Part shown: piece by piece, positions 1 through 12,445 of the stretch
Numbering within the stretch: position 1 is the first letter of the stretch
Layout: each line of letters opens with the position of its first letter
Origin: Eledone cirrhosa
Taxonomy: Eukaryota
Direction of reading: 5' to 3'
DNA: 64,000 bases
NCBI GenBank assembly: GCA_964016885.1
Contig: OZ024745.1
Coordinates: 81,778,001 to 81,842,000 of the forward strand
Made by a program: the position numbers and the translations under genes
Notes under the pieces: model-generated
Told to the model about the DNA's origin: nothing
The model's database searches: none
What the model saw: only the letters and a program-made list of their open reading frames with translations

Positions 1-898
1 GGAATCAAGAGGCCTTAGAGTGAACATAGCTAAAACAAAAGTGTTGATAAGTAGATGATGACAGTACTCTGATTCCATCAGGGAAATGGCCTTGTTCGAT
101 ATGTAGGAAAGGAACTGGCATAAATTCCATAAAATGTACGCAATGCAGATCTTGTGTACACAAGATATAGTGGGATAGCAAGCAAACTAACAGGTAGGGA
201 AAACTATGTATGCAGTAAATGTACAGGGAAAGTTGGCAGTAGTAATCACTATGATAGACTCATTTTTCCAATGCAGGTGGGTTTTACAGAAGTGGTTGAT
301 AGCTTCCGGTACCTAGGTGATCAGATTAGCGGGGGGGGGGGGGGGGGGTTCCGGGGGCCATAGTATCTAGAATGACGGGTTGGAAGAACTTTAGGGAGCT
401 GCTTCGTCTGTTGACAAAGAAGGGTTTCTCCCTGCGTACGAAAGGACGGTTATATGATGCCTGTGTGAGATGCGTGATGCTACATGGTAGGAAACATGGA
501 CAGCAACTGCAGAAGATATGCGATGGCTGGAGAGAAATGAAGCAAGTATGTCCTGTTGGATGTGCAATGTCAATGTGCGTGAACGACCAAGCATAGATGA
601 GTTGAAAAAGAAACTGGGTATAAGAGGGATAAGTTGTGGTGTGCAGGAGAGAAGGCTGAGATGGTATGGACATGTGATGTGCATGGAGGATGACCACTGG
701 GTGAAGAAGTGCCAGGAAGTCCCAGTGGAGGGAAGACGCAGTAGAGGTAGACCACAAAAAACATGGGCGGAGGTGGTGAGAGCAGACCTCAGATCGCTGA
801 AACTCACGGTGGAGATGATGAAGGACCGTGACAAGTGGAGAGATGCTGTGCTGAATAGGACCTGTCCAAGCAGGGAAAAGCGGACGTAAAATGATGAT
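1..898 (+). mobile_element. RTE-clade LINE subfamily C, decayed 3' portion (cut by window edge)
   Basis: Frameshifted peptides VDSFRYLGD, GRLYDACVR, RRLRWYGHV, GRPQKTW; ends in ggacgtaaaatgatgat tail. Confidence 0.9.
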
Positions 899-1024
899 AT
901 ATATATATATAACAAAGGAAGTGTGGTAAGAAACCAGATGGACCATAACACACCAGAGTACTCAATACTTAGGGTAGTAGAGTGGGTAATAGGAAAATAT
1001 TAAACCCCGACGGCAGAGCTCAAG

Positions 1025-1197
1025 CCATTGTTTTAACATTTTCCTATATATATTATGTGTGTGTCTATATATATATATTATATATTGTGTGTGTGTGTGT
1101 CTATATATATATTATGTGTGTCTGTGTGTCTATATATGTTATATATTATGTGTGTGTCTATATATGTTATATATTATGTGTGTGTCTATATATATTC
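1025..1197. repeat. TA/TG minisatellite (TATATTATGTGTGTGTCTATA-like units), resumes at 4651-4712
   Basis: Same unit on both sides of the RTE-A1 insertion. Confidence 0.85.
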
Positions 1198-1199
1198 AA

Positions 1200-4100
1200 A
1201 GTTAAAGTCAAATTCACCTCGTGGACGAGAATGCGAGCACTCCTCTTTGTTTCGCCCGCGGATGGCTAACATAACCCCATCTCCCCCCGCCCCCACCCTC
1301 CAAACGCAATCCAAAACTTCAGAGTTGGTACCATAAATGTAGGCACCCTAAAGGGTCGCTAGATTCATTGAGGGTAAAAAACGATGTTATAAGCTTTTCT
1401 GGGTGGGAAACGACGATTGGCTGGGTGGAGTAGGAATCATGGTAGCAGAAAAGTGGGCAGATAAGATAATAGACGTAAATAGAGTGAACGACAGAATAAT
1501 TAAAATACGACTTGTCCTCAATAGAACTACGGTGACAGTAATATCTGCGTACGCACCCCAATCCGGACTGCCCGGCACTATAAAAGACAGATTCTATGAG
1601 ACACTGATGCTCACTACCTCCCAAATATCTGACAGTGACTATATAATTATTGCAGGCGACCTAAATGGTCACGTTGGACAACATTGTGACGGCTACGACG
1701 AAATCCATGGAGGCTATGGGTTTGGTACTAGAAATGAGGAAGGCTCCAGAATCCTGGAATTCTGTGATGCAAATAACCTAACTATCTGTAACACTAACTT
1801 CAAAAAACGTGACAATCACCTGATCACCTATAGATCCGGGGAACACACAAGCCAGGTAGATTATATCCTTACCAAAAGACGTGACAGAGTGTCTGTTGTA
1901 AACACTAAATCCCTCCCCCACGAAGAATGCACCTCCCAACATAGATTGATAATTAGCGACCTCATAGTCAGGACGAGACGTACTCGACGGCAGAAGAGGA
2001 CTATCCTCAGGAGAAAAATATGGAAGCTAAAGGACCCCACAGCCAAAAATAAATTTCAAAACATATTACTTGATGCTTTCGACAGTAAGGAAGAACATTT
2101 AGAGTCGGACAATATAGAGGGACAGTGGGAATTTCTGAAAGCAAACCTGCTGTTGGCGACAGACGAAGTCTGTGGCTGGAGCAGGCCTGTAGGCAGGAGG
2201 AGAGTAACATGGTGGTGGAACAGTAAGGTGGAGGGGTCAATTAAGGCCAAAAAGCAGGCTTGGAAAGTATGGCGGGATGGGGGAAGTAGAGTAGACTATC
2301 AAGTGGCCAGAAGGGAAGCTAGGAGAGAAGTGTACTTAGCAAGAAGGGAAGCTGAGGAAAGAAAGTTCAAGCATGTTCTACAACACGATGACCAAAAACG
2401 TGAGGTGTTCAGGATTGCTAGGCAATGCGTCAAGGAAAACCGTGATATTGTCGGGGAGAAGTGTGTACTTAACGATGATGGCATACTTGCCATCACCGAC
2501 ACTGATAAGAAGGTAGCTTGGAAGTGTCACTATGAAAGGCTACTAAATGAGGAGAATAAATGGGAGAAAGACAGTCTCCCCCATATCGACCCAATAGAGG
2601 GACCAGCAGTGTTAGTCGAGGGGAGTATAATAAGTAAGGCAATCAAGGATATGAAGACAGGTAAGGCGGCTGGGCCTTCGGAAATAGTTGCTGAGATGCT
2701 GAAGGCATCTGGCAGGGTGGGACACACCATGGTCACTCGCATAGTTAACCATGTTGTACAGAATGGGGTTGTTCCGAAGGACTGGCATAGCAGCATCATC
2801 GTTCACTGTTATAAGGGTAAAGGAGACGCCCTAGATAGGAGTAACTATAGAGGCATTAAATTAATCGACCAGGTCATGAAGGTCACGGAAAAAGTAATAG
2901 CGCAACTAATCAGAGAGAGAATTGACCTAGATGAAATGCAGTTCGGGTTTGTGTCAGGCAAAAGTACCACAGACGCTCTTTTCATAGTACGACAACTACA
3001 GGAGAAGTTCCTAGCTAAAGGTAAACCCCTCTACTTAGCTTTTGTCGACTTGGAGAAAGCCTTCGACAGAGTCCCCCGCTCCATTATCTGGTGGGCTCTT
3101 AGAAAACTAGGCGTTGACGAATGGCTTGTGAGGGCTATACAAGCCATGTATAAAGAAACAGTCAGCAAGGTTAGAATTAACAACGAATATAGTGAAGAGT
3201 TTAGCGTAAAAGTTGGTGTCCATCAGGACTCTGTTCTCAGCCCCCTACTATTTATTATTGCCCTTCAGGCTATAACAGAGGAGTTCAAGACAGGCTGCCC
3301 ATGGGAACTCCTATACGCAGACGACCTGACACTCATAGCGGAATCAATGGCCGAGCTAGAGAAGAAATTCCAAACATGGAAGCACGGCCTAGAGTCAAAA
3401 GGACTTAAAATTAACCTGGCTAAGACCAAAGTTCTAGTTTGTAGGAAAGAAAACAAGGCGGCGGTCCCTTCTGGGAAATGGTCGTGCTCGGTGTGTAGGA
3501 AAGGCGTAGGTAGAAACTCCATTTTATGTCCTAAATGCAAAGTATGGGTGCATAAAAGATGTAGTGGGATCACAGGTAAGCTAACTAAGAACATAGATTT
3601 TACATGTGGCCGGTGTTCTGGTGCAATAAGTAGCAGCAAGTGCCCACAAAATACTAGCTCTTTCAATTGCGCAGAGGGTTCTATAGAAATAGTGGACAGC
3701 TTCCGTTACCTGGGCGATAAAATCAGCAGTGGGGGTGGGTGCTCTGAAAGTACTGTAGCTAGAGTCAGAACTGGTTGGAAAAAGTTCAGAGAGCTTATAC
3801 CACTATTAGCTGCTAAAGGGTTCTCCCTAAAAATGAAAGGCAGGTTGTACGATGCCTGCATACGAACAGCAATGTTGCATGGCAGTGAGACCTGGGCATT
3901 GTGTGCAGAGGATATACGCAGACTAGAGAGGAACGAAGCTTGCATGCTCCGCTGGATGTGTAACAGTAATATACGTGAACGGCAAAGCATAAACGAACTA
4001 AGGAAAAAATTAGAGATAAGAGGGATCAGATGTTGTTTACTCGAGAGAAGGCTACGTTGTTATGGACACGTGATGCGCATGAAAGTTGATAGCTGTATAA

Positions 4101-4616
4101 CAAAGTGCAGGGCAATAAAGATAGACGGTAGCCACGGAATAGGCAGACCTAGAAAAACCTGGGACGAGCTGATAAACTCCGACCTCACACACTTACACCT
4201 CTCCAAGACAATGTCACTGGACCGAGACCTTTGGCGGTAGTCAGTAACAGAGAAGACCCGCCTTGCCAGTAGGCATCTCTAACAAAATACACCCCGTCCC
4301 GCCACCACCCCCACCCCATCCACACCACCCCGTTCTATGTAAAGTTATGTTGGTGCCGCGCCATCCAGGCCGAAACAAATGAGATCGTGTAGGTGTCACG
4401 ACAAAAAAACACACAGTCCACGCTGTAATGTGGCCGTGTAGGCAACACGGTAAAAACCTCCCAGACCCACACTGTAAATGTGGTTGGTGTTAGGAAGGGC
4501 ATCCAACTGTAGAAAACCTGCCAGACAGTCCTATGCGAGCAAGACAATCACTCTTGCCTCAAGTGGGACTACCCCCGTCCAAACCCATGCAAGCGTGGAA
4601 CACGGACGTTAAACGT

Positions 4617-4650
<34 letters not shown>
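1200..4650 (+). mobile_element. RTE-clade LINE subfamily A, copy 1 (5'-truncated, (GAT)n tail)
   Basis: APE endonuclease plus RT coding, 3'UTR, (GAT)n tail; highly similar to 39590-43103. Confidence 0.97.
1403..4240 (+). pseudogene. RTE ORF, 945 aa open frame: APE endonuclease (N-terminus deleted), RT, PHD-like insert
   Basis: GDLNGHVG, SQVDYIL, AFVDLEKAFD, LLYADD; QGS->QDS; 83-bp deletion upstream relative to copy 2; premature TAG where copy 2 has TAC. Confidence 0.92.
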
Positions 4651-4651
<1 letters not shown>

Positions 4652-5084
4652 GTGTGTGTGTGTGTGTCTATATATTATGTGTGTGTGTCTATATATATTA
4701 TATATATATATATTAAAATATCAGATTAAAGAATCGCTGCTTTCACCTTTAACGGTATCTTCTGAAATATTTGCTCTAGGGTTGTTATATATTTGATATA
4801 CATTTATCCTTATCGAGCCCTCTTTAGATTTTAGTCTTCACATTTATTATGACTATATATATATATAGTGAAAACATCACATTAGGCTTTAGCTTGTATT
4901 GAATTGGCAACATAACCATACCTTATTGCATTAAATGGTGTCTGATGATGGCATGTTACTGGTTGCGTGAGTGTACCACCACGTAGCCATTGAACACCAT
5001 TGAAATATGTATCAGAGGTTTATGAATAAAGGATTTATGAACATTTACATCAGACCTGTACAGTTATCCTTATTGCATGCACGT

Positions 5085-5240
5085 GTGCGATGGGTTTCTG
5101 CAGTTTCTGCTCACCAAGTTTCATTCGCAAGTCATTGATCAACCTGGCAATATAGTAGAGGACACTTGCTCAAGGTGCCACGGTATAGGCATGAATCTGA
5201 AACCACATGCAATAGAAGTTAACCTTTAATTACACAAACT
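5085..5240 (-). mobile_element. Degenerate tRNA-headed SINE (related copies about 29055-29205 and 34385-34560)
   Basis: Shared gacacttgctcaaggtgcca...gaa(t)c core across copies. Confidence 0.55.
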
Positions 5241-6419
5241 CTCTTACTCTCTCTCTCTCTATATATATATAATTTTATTTTTTCTATGTCTATATATATA
5301 TATATTTATATATATATTAATACACGGTATTCTCATTCTTTTGTAATATGAAACTGCATTCAAGTAACTGTGTGTGTGTGTGTTGAAACTCAATATATTC
5401 TTACTAAAGATTACATAAGTTTTCCCTAGTTATAACCTTTCTAAAGAAAACAAAATCATTAATTGGAGTCCTGCTATATTTCTTACATAAGAAGTGGCAT
5501 AAAGAATACAAATGAATCATTGTAAGGTGTTAATAGAAGGGCTACTTTATAGATATATCTAGTAGTTGTGGAAGCATGATGCTGAAGTTATTTACTGACA
5601 TATTTAACAAAATATGCCAATTAATTTTAAATGTAACCATCATCATTTTACAGCTGCTGTTCTATGCTGGCTTGTATGTAAGGATGGGTGGGTCACCACA
5701 GGCTAAGTCAATACTTAACCCTAACCCAGATTGGTGGAAGGTGGGGTGGGACAAGCTGGAATGGGGTTGGGGAACATTTTATTTATATATGTTCCTGCAT
5801 TATACAGAGTGCACTGGATGTATTTTATCATGATGCCAGCACTAAGATTTTTATGTATTCGATACAACTGAAATAGTCTTTCCTATGCTTTGTTTGACAA
5901 TGTTTCTGGCTGGAGGCCCTTCTTATCAACCAACCACTTTACAGAGGGTACTGGTGCATTTATCATGTCACCAACACTAGAAAGGTTGTTGGTCATTGAC
6001 TCAATGGAGGATCCCTCTCTTTGTCGTATGGGGTGGGGAGAAGGATGACTTAGGTGTGTGTGTGTGTGTTTAGCATGTAGTGAGTGTATGCTAAGTGGTT
6101 GGATTTGACAGGTTGATAAGTGGGAGGGAAGGGGGTGATCTATAGCTTAGAGAGTACTGTAATGATGAGAACATTGAGTGAGCTGTTACTGATCTGTCAG
6201 GATTTAAGAGGGTTAGAGATCCAGGATAGAGTGGGGGTTGGGGGTGATTCTGGATAGTGGAGCTGATAGTATAATTGTATCATGTCACATAATTTCTGCT
6301 GGTAAGTGAGTCTTCTCTAGTATTGCCTTTTTAACTTTCTATGGTCTGTTTAAAACTCACTTATGCTATGTTGTTCATGTACACTAACATTACATGTCAA
6401 TTGGAGCACACTCACTTCA

Positions 6420-7215
6420 TTTCTTTCTAACCTTTGCAGATCGTCTGCAGTTAGGGCCCATGTCTTACTGCCATAGCTAATTGTAGTTCACACACAGACA
6501 TCATACACTCTACCCTTCAGTCTGAGAGAGAAACCCTTTGTCATCAGCAGAGGTACTAGCTCTGTAAACATTTCCAGCTTGTTCTTACCATGGTTACACC
6601 ACTTTCAGGGCACATTTGCTTACTGCAGATTATATATATATATAATGTGTATATCATCATCATTTTTATGTCCGTTTCCCATGCTTGCATTGGTTGGATG
6701 GGTCCTTTTCAGCACAACCTCTCTCTATTCGCCGCATTCCTTTGTCATTTCTTCTGTGAGTCTCAATGTTTTGATATCAGCTCTCATCACCTCTGCTCAG
6801 GGCTTTTTTGGTCTACCTCTCTGTGGCTTCCTTCTACTGGGATTTCCTAACACTTCTTCATCCAGTCATCATCATCCATGTGCATCATGTCTGTACCAAC
6901 ACTCTTCTCTCTTGCACATCACTTTCGATTCTTCTTAACCCTTTAGTATTCACTTTACTCTATATATACTATTGTATTTTCACAGTAAAGGCTTTATCTC
7001 ACATAATATTGAATCTACGAGATGTTGATATTATTTATTTTGAGAACAATAACTTAATGCCAGTACGAGCGGCTAGTTACAGCCGGTTTGAGCAGAAAGA
7101 GGTGAGAGAATTCCGGCCAGATATGGCCGGTTTAAATGCTAAAGGGCTAAACCCAGTTCTCCTTCAGTTCATCCAAGCTCTGCCTTTCTCTCACATTTAT
7201 ATTGCACATCCAGAA
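6420..7215 (-). mobile_element. Fragmented antisense RTE 3' pieces, interrupted by a TTAA MITE at 6935-7150
   Basis: Reverse complement matches RTE C-terminus (LPLLMTKGFSL, CNINVRERQSLDELK) and the ggac(a/g)taaaa(tga)n tail. Confidence 0.8.
6935..7150. mobile_element. piggyBac-type MITE, ~215 bp
   Basis: TTAA-CCCTTTAG...GCTAAAGGG-(C)TAA ends; same internal sequence as other copies. Confidence 0.85.
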
Positions 7216-7257
7216 TATATATACATATATATGCAAATATAAATACATGGAAATATA

Positions 7258-7320
<63 letters not shown>

Positions 7321-7324
7321 TTGT

Positions 7325-7505
7325 GTCAGGTTGATCTTCAGCACTAAGCCAGTACATCCTGTGCATGTTCGGGATGTCAGCGACTAAACTGGCAACCCCA
7401 CCAAGCTTGCTTGGTGAGGAGGGTGATTTTCGACAGCCTGCAGGGTGAAACACAAGACCCGTCAAAGGGCAGAGGAACTCAGGAGAGTCAAGGGCTATGC
7501 AATAA
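7325..7505 (+). mobile_element. Dispersed repeat, probable RTE-type 5'UTR fragment (second copy about 38340-38480)
   Basis: Shared cga(c/t)taaactggcaaccccaccaag...cctgcagg...gtcaa block in two places. Confidence 0.5.
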
Positions 7506-7649
7506 ACTTTTTTTTTTTGTGGATCGAGTGCCTCCTAGACTTTGTTTGCATCCAATGATGTAGACCAGTTCTACTTTTTTGGGTAAATGCATTTGATGTT
7601 CAGAGAGGAGGATTGGTCCTGTGCAAAGCCTTTCCTCACTTAAAAAAGG

Positions 7650-7868
7650 TTAACCCTTTAGCATTTACATTAATCTATATTTACTATTGTATTTTTGTGG
7701 TAAACACTTTATCTCACATAATTATCTTGCATAATATCGAATCTATGAGATTTTGATATTATTTATTTTGAGAACAATACCTTAACATAAGTATAAGCAG
7801 TCAGCTATAGTTGGTTTGAACAGAAAGTGATGAGATAATTCTGGCCAGTTTAAATGCTAAAGGGTTAA
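7650..7868. mobile_element. piggyBac-type MITE
   Basis: TTAA CCCTTTAGCATTTA ... TAAATGCTAAAGGG TTAA. Confidence 0.9.
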
Positions 7869-8533
7869 AGCACAGGCACCGGTTGATTTGTGATTTTTTT
7901 TGCGATGCATGGCATGGCTGGCCATAGGTAAGTCCCTAGCAGGACCAAAAAGCCATGTCTGTGATGCTCATGCTTAAGTATCAAGCGGTGACATTATTCA
8001 AAATTGAGTTGCATCCATCATGTGTGTGTGTGTGCGTGTATGTGTTTACTCAGTCAGAACCTTGTGGTATCGCTCTGCAAGCACTTATAAGAATATGGTT
8101 TGCACATTTTCCTCATTTTTATTTATTTATTTTTTTGGAACAATAGAAAGAAAAAAAAATCAGCATCTAAGTCAGAACAATTAGCCAGAATTTCTGACAT
8201 AAGTTTAGTGATGCCAGTTTTATGTTAGCATAATCTGAGGGACCAGTTGGCACAGAATTTTGAGTTATTTGTATGTAATCAATGAGATCACCTCCCTCAC
8301 GTTTTTGGCACATGTTATTAATATGGTACTGTATGAAGAAGTTAATTTTAGACAGTAGCTTCTATACTAAGAGGCTACTTGTTAACCTGAGTTTCTAATC
8401 AAGAATATTTTATTTACTTGGTGTAATTTTCAATCAAGTTCTCTCTCTCTCTCTCATTACATATCTCACAATGCTTTGTATTATCTATACTACTTTATAT
8501 ATGTATATTTGATTAGCCATTTTATAAGAGGGG

Positions 8534-8880
8534 TCATCATCATCATCATCAACGTTTAACGTCCGTGTTCCACGCTTGCATGGGTTTGGACGGGGGTAGT
8601 CCCACTTGAGGCAAGAGTGATTGTCTTGCTCGCATAGGACTGTCTGGCAGGTTTTCTACAGTTGGATGCCCTTCCTAACACCAACCACATTTACAGTGTG
8701 GGTCTGGGAGGTTTTTACCGTGTTGCCTACACGGCCACATTACAGCGTGGACTGTGTGTTTTTTTGTCGTGACACCTACACGATCTCATTTGTTTCGGCC
8801 TCGATGGCGCGGCACCAACATAACTTTACATAGAACGGGGTGGTGTGGATGGGGTGGGGGCGGGGGTGGTGGGACGGGGT
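8534..8880 (-). mobile_element. Severely 5'-truncated RTE-A (3'UTR only), antisense
   Basis: Near-exact reverse complement of 4300-4640, including the (GAT)n tail. Confidence 0.95.
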
Positions 8881-9216
8881 AAGTATGCAAATATTAACGT
8901 GAGAGTTAAGATATCTTAATACAATTTCCATGAGTTGCCTTTGGTTTTTATTGCCATTTTATTGTTGTTTTTATTTCTTACTACTTAATTATATAAACTT
9001 TGTGTCTCAGAAAAGATCTAGAATGTCTGTAAAAATGTTTTAATCACAATTCAGAACTGATTAAAAAAAAAAAATTGTTTTCTGAAATACTCTAAACCAC
9101 ATTTATAGCCAACAGTAGGCTTTCTTGAATGAAAGAGATAATAAGGAGAAATGAGAGATGTATTGAACCAGATTTTCAGGGACCAACATTTTATTACACA
9201 AGAAGGCCACACATTA

Positions 9217-9241
9217 ACTACTGCTACTACTGCTACTACTG

Positions 9242-9293
<52 letters not shown>
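9217..9293. repeat. (TAC)n/(TGC) microsatellite
   Basis: Direct observation. Confidence 0.95.
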
Positions 9294-9295
<2 letters not shown>

Positions 9296-11814
9296 CTTGT
9301 AGGGGCAGAGTCCTCAAACACTCCTTCTAGCTTGTCTTGTCAAGCAATCGTCTCCAACTGTTCCGGCTGGATCCTGAATGCTGAAGATGGTGCAGTAATG
9401 CACCAGCTCCGGCAATTCTTTCACTTAATTTGTCTCCTGCCTTCCATCACTCGTGAACACTGCCCTGAGATTCTTGAACTTCTCTACCTGATTCAGTGGA
9501 ATTCCATTTACATGTAGAGTGCACTGTGTAGGCTTCCTTGAGAGGACAAGTGTCTGTTTTTTTCAGGATCATCGGCCAGAAAAACTTTATTTGCTGATCT
9601 CAAGTCAGATTCCAGCTTAACCCCAAAGTCCTCCCATGTCTCAACTTTACACACCTTTACTGTCATGTTTGCTTGTACTGCAAGTGTAAGAAGGAGGACT
9701 AATTTCTAAGTCAAACAGTTTTGAGGGCTTCTTTGGCTTTAGTTGGTCTCAAGTTGCAGCCAAGTTGATGGTGATCTGTTGACAGCTCAGCCATTCTCTT
9801 TACATGAACATCTAGCACAGAATTAAAGAGATCAGAGTGACAATAGCTACATCATTTTGTATCTGTTTGTGATGTGTGATAAGGCTGGCTAAGTGTCATG
9901 CTTGTCTGTTATGACTGGGTGCACCTGGCCCTGTGGTGCTGTTGCTCATACTAACATGCTAGACCACATTTTGAGAAATGCCACTCAGCTAATCTGCAAA
10001 AAGTCTCTCTTAAACATTCCTCTGACTCACAAACATGCTGTTTCTCCCCCCCCCCCCCCCTCTCTCTCGCGCTTCAGAGTTGGTGTCATACCACCATCAC
10101 CCAGGTACTCTCATCATCCTCATCCCTCTTCCTTCTATTACCCATGTGTCCAACCTCCCAGGCCCCATCCTAGTCATTATGTCCATTCCTTACTGCTCTG
10201 AATATCAGGCCTTATCCTTGTTTATATCAGTATAAAAAGAGAAGGCTTAAAACAGTTTAAACAGAATATTACTGGTACCGGTCTCTATGGTCTTGGAAGG
10301 CTTTCACAAGCCTTGGTCACTGCCAAATGGGGGCAGGGAGTATTAAATGCTCTACAATAATCTTTTTTCCTTTTATGTAGAAGACTACAGTAAGTAAAAT
10401 ATCTAGCATAGGTAATAAGGTTTATTACTGTAATAGATGTTCTTTAATTAAACAGCTAATTATTTATAGATATAGTGTTTTCATCATGCACCATTAATTA
10501 CTAACTACTATTGATTAATTAGTTTAATTAAACCTGTAAATTGATAATTCCATGAATGTTAAATATATTTCAAATAAATACATGATAGCCAGCTCCTCTC
10601 TTTGTTTCATAGCCAGTTCTCTTTGATTAAAGTATAGATGTCTGAATGTAACATGCTTCTGTAAATGTCTGAATGTAACAAACAATGATTGATAGCTTGA
10701 TGCCTGAAGCTGATTAATTATGTAATGTTATCTCCATGGGAAAAGTTGCCCTCAGTGCTACAAGCCCATGGTATGCTCCTCAATTTTACAATGTTACTGC
10801 TGCCATGACTGTACCATCCTGTGCTATTTACGACAAGCCAATACCTGTGTCATTACATTATTTACTAGAAATAGCAGTCAAGTCTCCTATAAGTCACACT
10901 TAATGTATAAAAAAAAAGGTTAGTCAGTCTGGATATGGGTTTAGTATTGTAATAGAGTTGATGCATAATCTGTAATGGGTTGTAAGTACTCAGTTCTAAT
11001 GTATCTTCTAGTTTTGAAAAAGAAAATTATTCCTCGATGTAGCATCTTATTTATTTATTTTTGTTGTTTTTAATACTATTTAAATAGATGGTTCTGACCA
11101 AGCAGACTTTTTGTTAAAAGCATCTCATGTGTCCTTAGAGAGAGAGAAAAAAAGTGTTTGGTTTGATTTTGAGGAAAATTTGGTTACTTCTGGTTTTTCA
11201 AATGATCATGCAAAGGCTGAATGTGGTAGGATATAGTTAGAGCATAATGATTTTAAGAGTTTGGGTTTTAATCTTATTAAAAGTGGGTAGTTATATATAT
11301 TTTTTGGTGTGTAATGATGAATTAAAAAGTTTGGTGCAGAAATCAATGAGAAATAAATTGTCTACTTGCTGTAGAATCTCATTTCATAATTATCTCCCTT
11401 TCACCAGCAAAGTTTACACTATATGCAAATGAGCACCCCCAGCTGATGTTTAATACATAGGCTAAAACCTATATGGTTTCTACCTTGTTTCAGTAGCGAG
11501 AAAGTAAATGTCACAAAAGATGGATAATACTCCAGATACACCTGTCTGGTATTACAACCGCTACTAAGATACCTGCGACTTACTTGATCATAGCTTAAAA
11601 AAAACAAACAAAAAAACATAGTGAGATTCTTGAATGGCTAGAGTGATAAGGCAACAATATATTACAGTATTTACTCACATCATTTTATATTCTGAGGTTG
11701 AAAGAAATATAGCTGTCAAGTATTGCAGTCAATCTAACCACTCTAAGAGGAAAAGAAACTGTACCCTCATGCCCTACTAAAAATCGTATGTATTTTCATT
11801 ATATTAATTTGATT

Positions 11815-11849
11815 TATTATATATAATATATATATATAATATATATAAT

Positions 11850-11918
<69 letters not shown>
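11815..11918. repeat. (TA)n microsatellite
   Basis: Direct observation. Confidence 0.95.
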
Positions 11919-11920
<2 letters not shown>

Positions 11921-12014
11921 GATCGTTTGGAAAGAGGGATGTATTTAATTATGTCTCATATAAAATAATACAACTGGCTATCCTCAAAATACGTATTGTT
12001 AGCACCCCAAACGT

Positions 12015-12120
12015 ATATCCCGCCGAGGTTGACTTTGCCTTTCATCCTTACGGGGTCGATAAAATAAATTACCAGTAAAGCACTGGGTAATTGCTGGCTT
12101 GTGCCTAAAGTAGAAATAAT
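12015..12120 (+). mobile_element. SINE family 2, 5'-truncated copy
   Basis: atcccgccgaggttgactttgcctttcatccttacggggtcgataaaataa core, same as 43556-43740. Confidence 0.8.
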
Positions 12121-12445
12121 TATTAATATAAAATTTATGTGAAGTAAATGGGCAGAAACTGAGCACCAGATTGATGTCCACATTGCATTCATTTACAGTT
12201 GAAGTTCCTAAATGCAATTAAAATTTATTCTGATAATTGTCAGGTATTTCAGCTACCACAACACATTTATTTTGTTATCCTCATTTACCCCTACCATGCT
12301 GACTCTCAATCTGTCTATTTTTCCATCAAAGGCTACAGGCCATGACTGGCTATTATTGTTGCTGTATTCTATAGACTACTTTGCCATGTTGTATTCTATC
12401 GGTTAGTTTGTTAGCCTTGACGGTGACCCTCACTGCCTACCTCAC

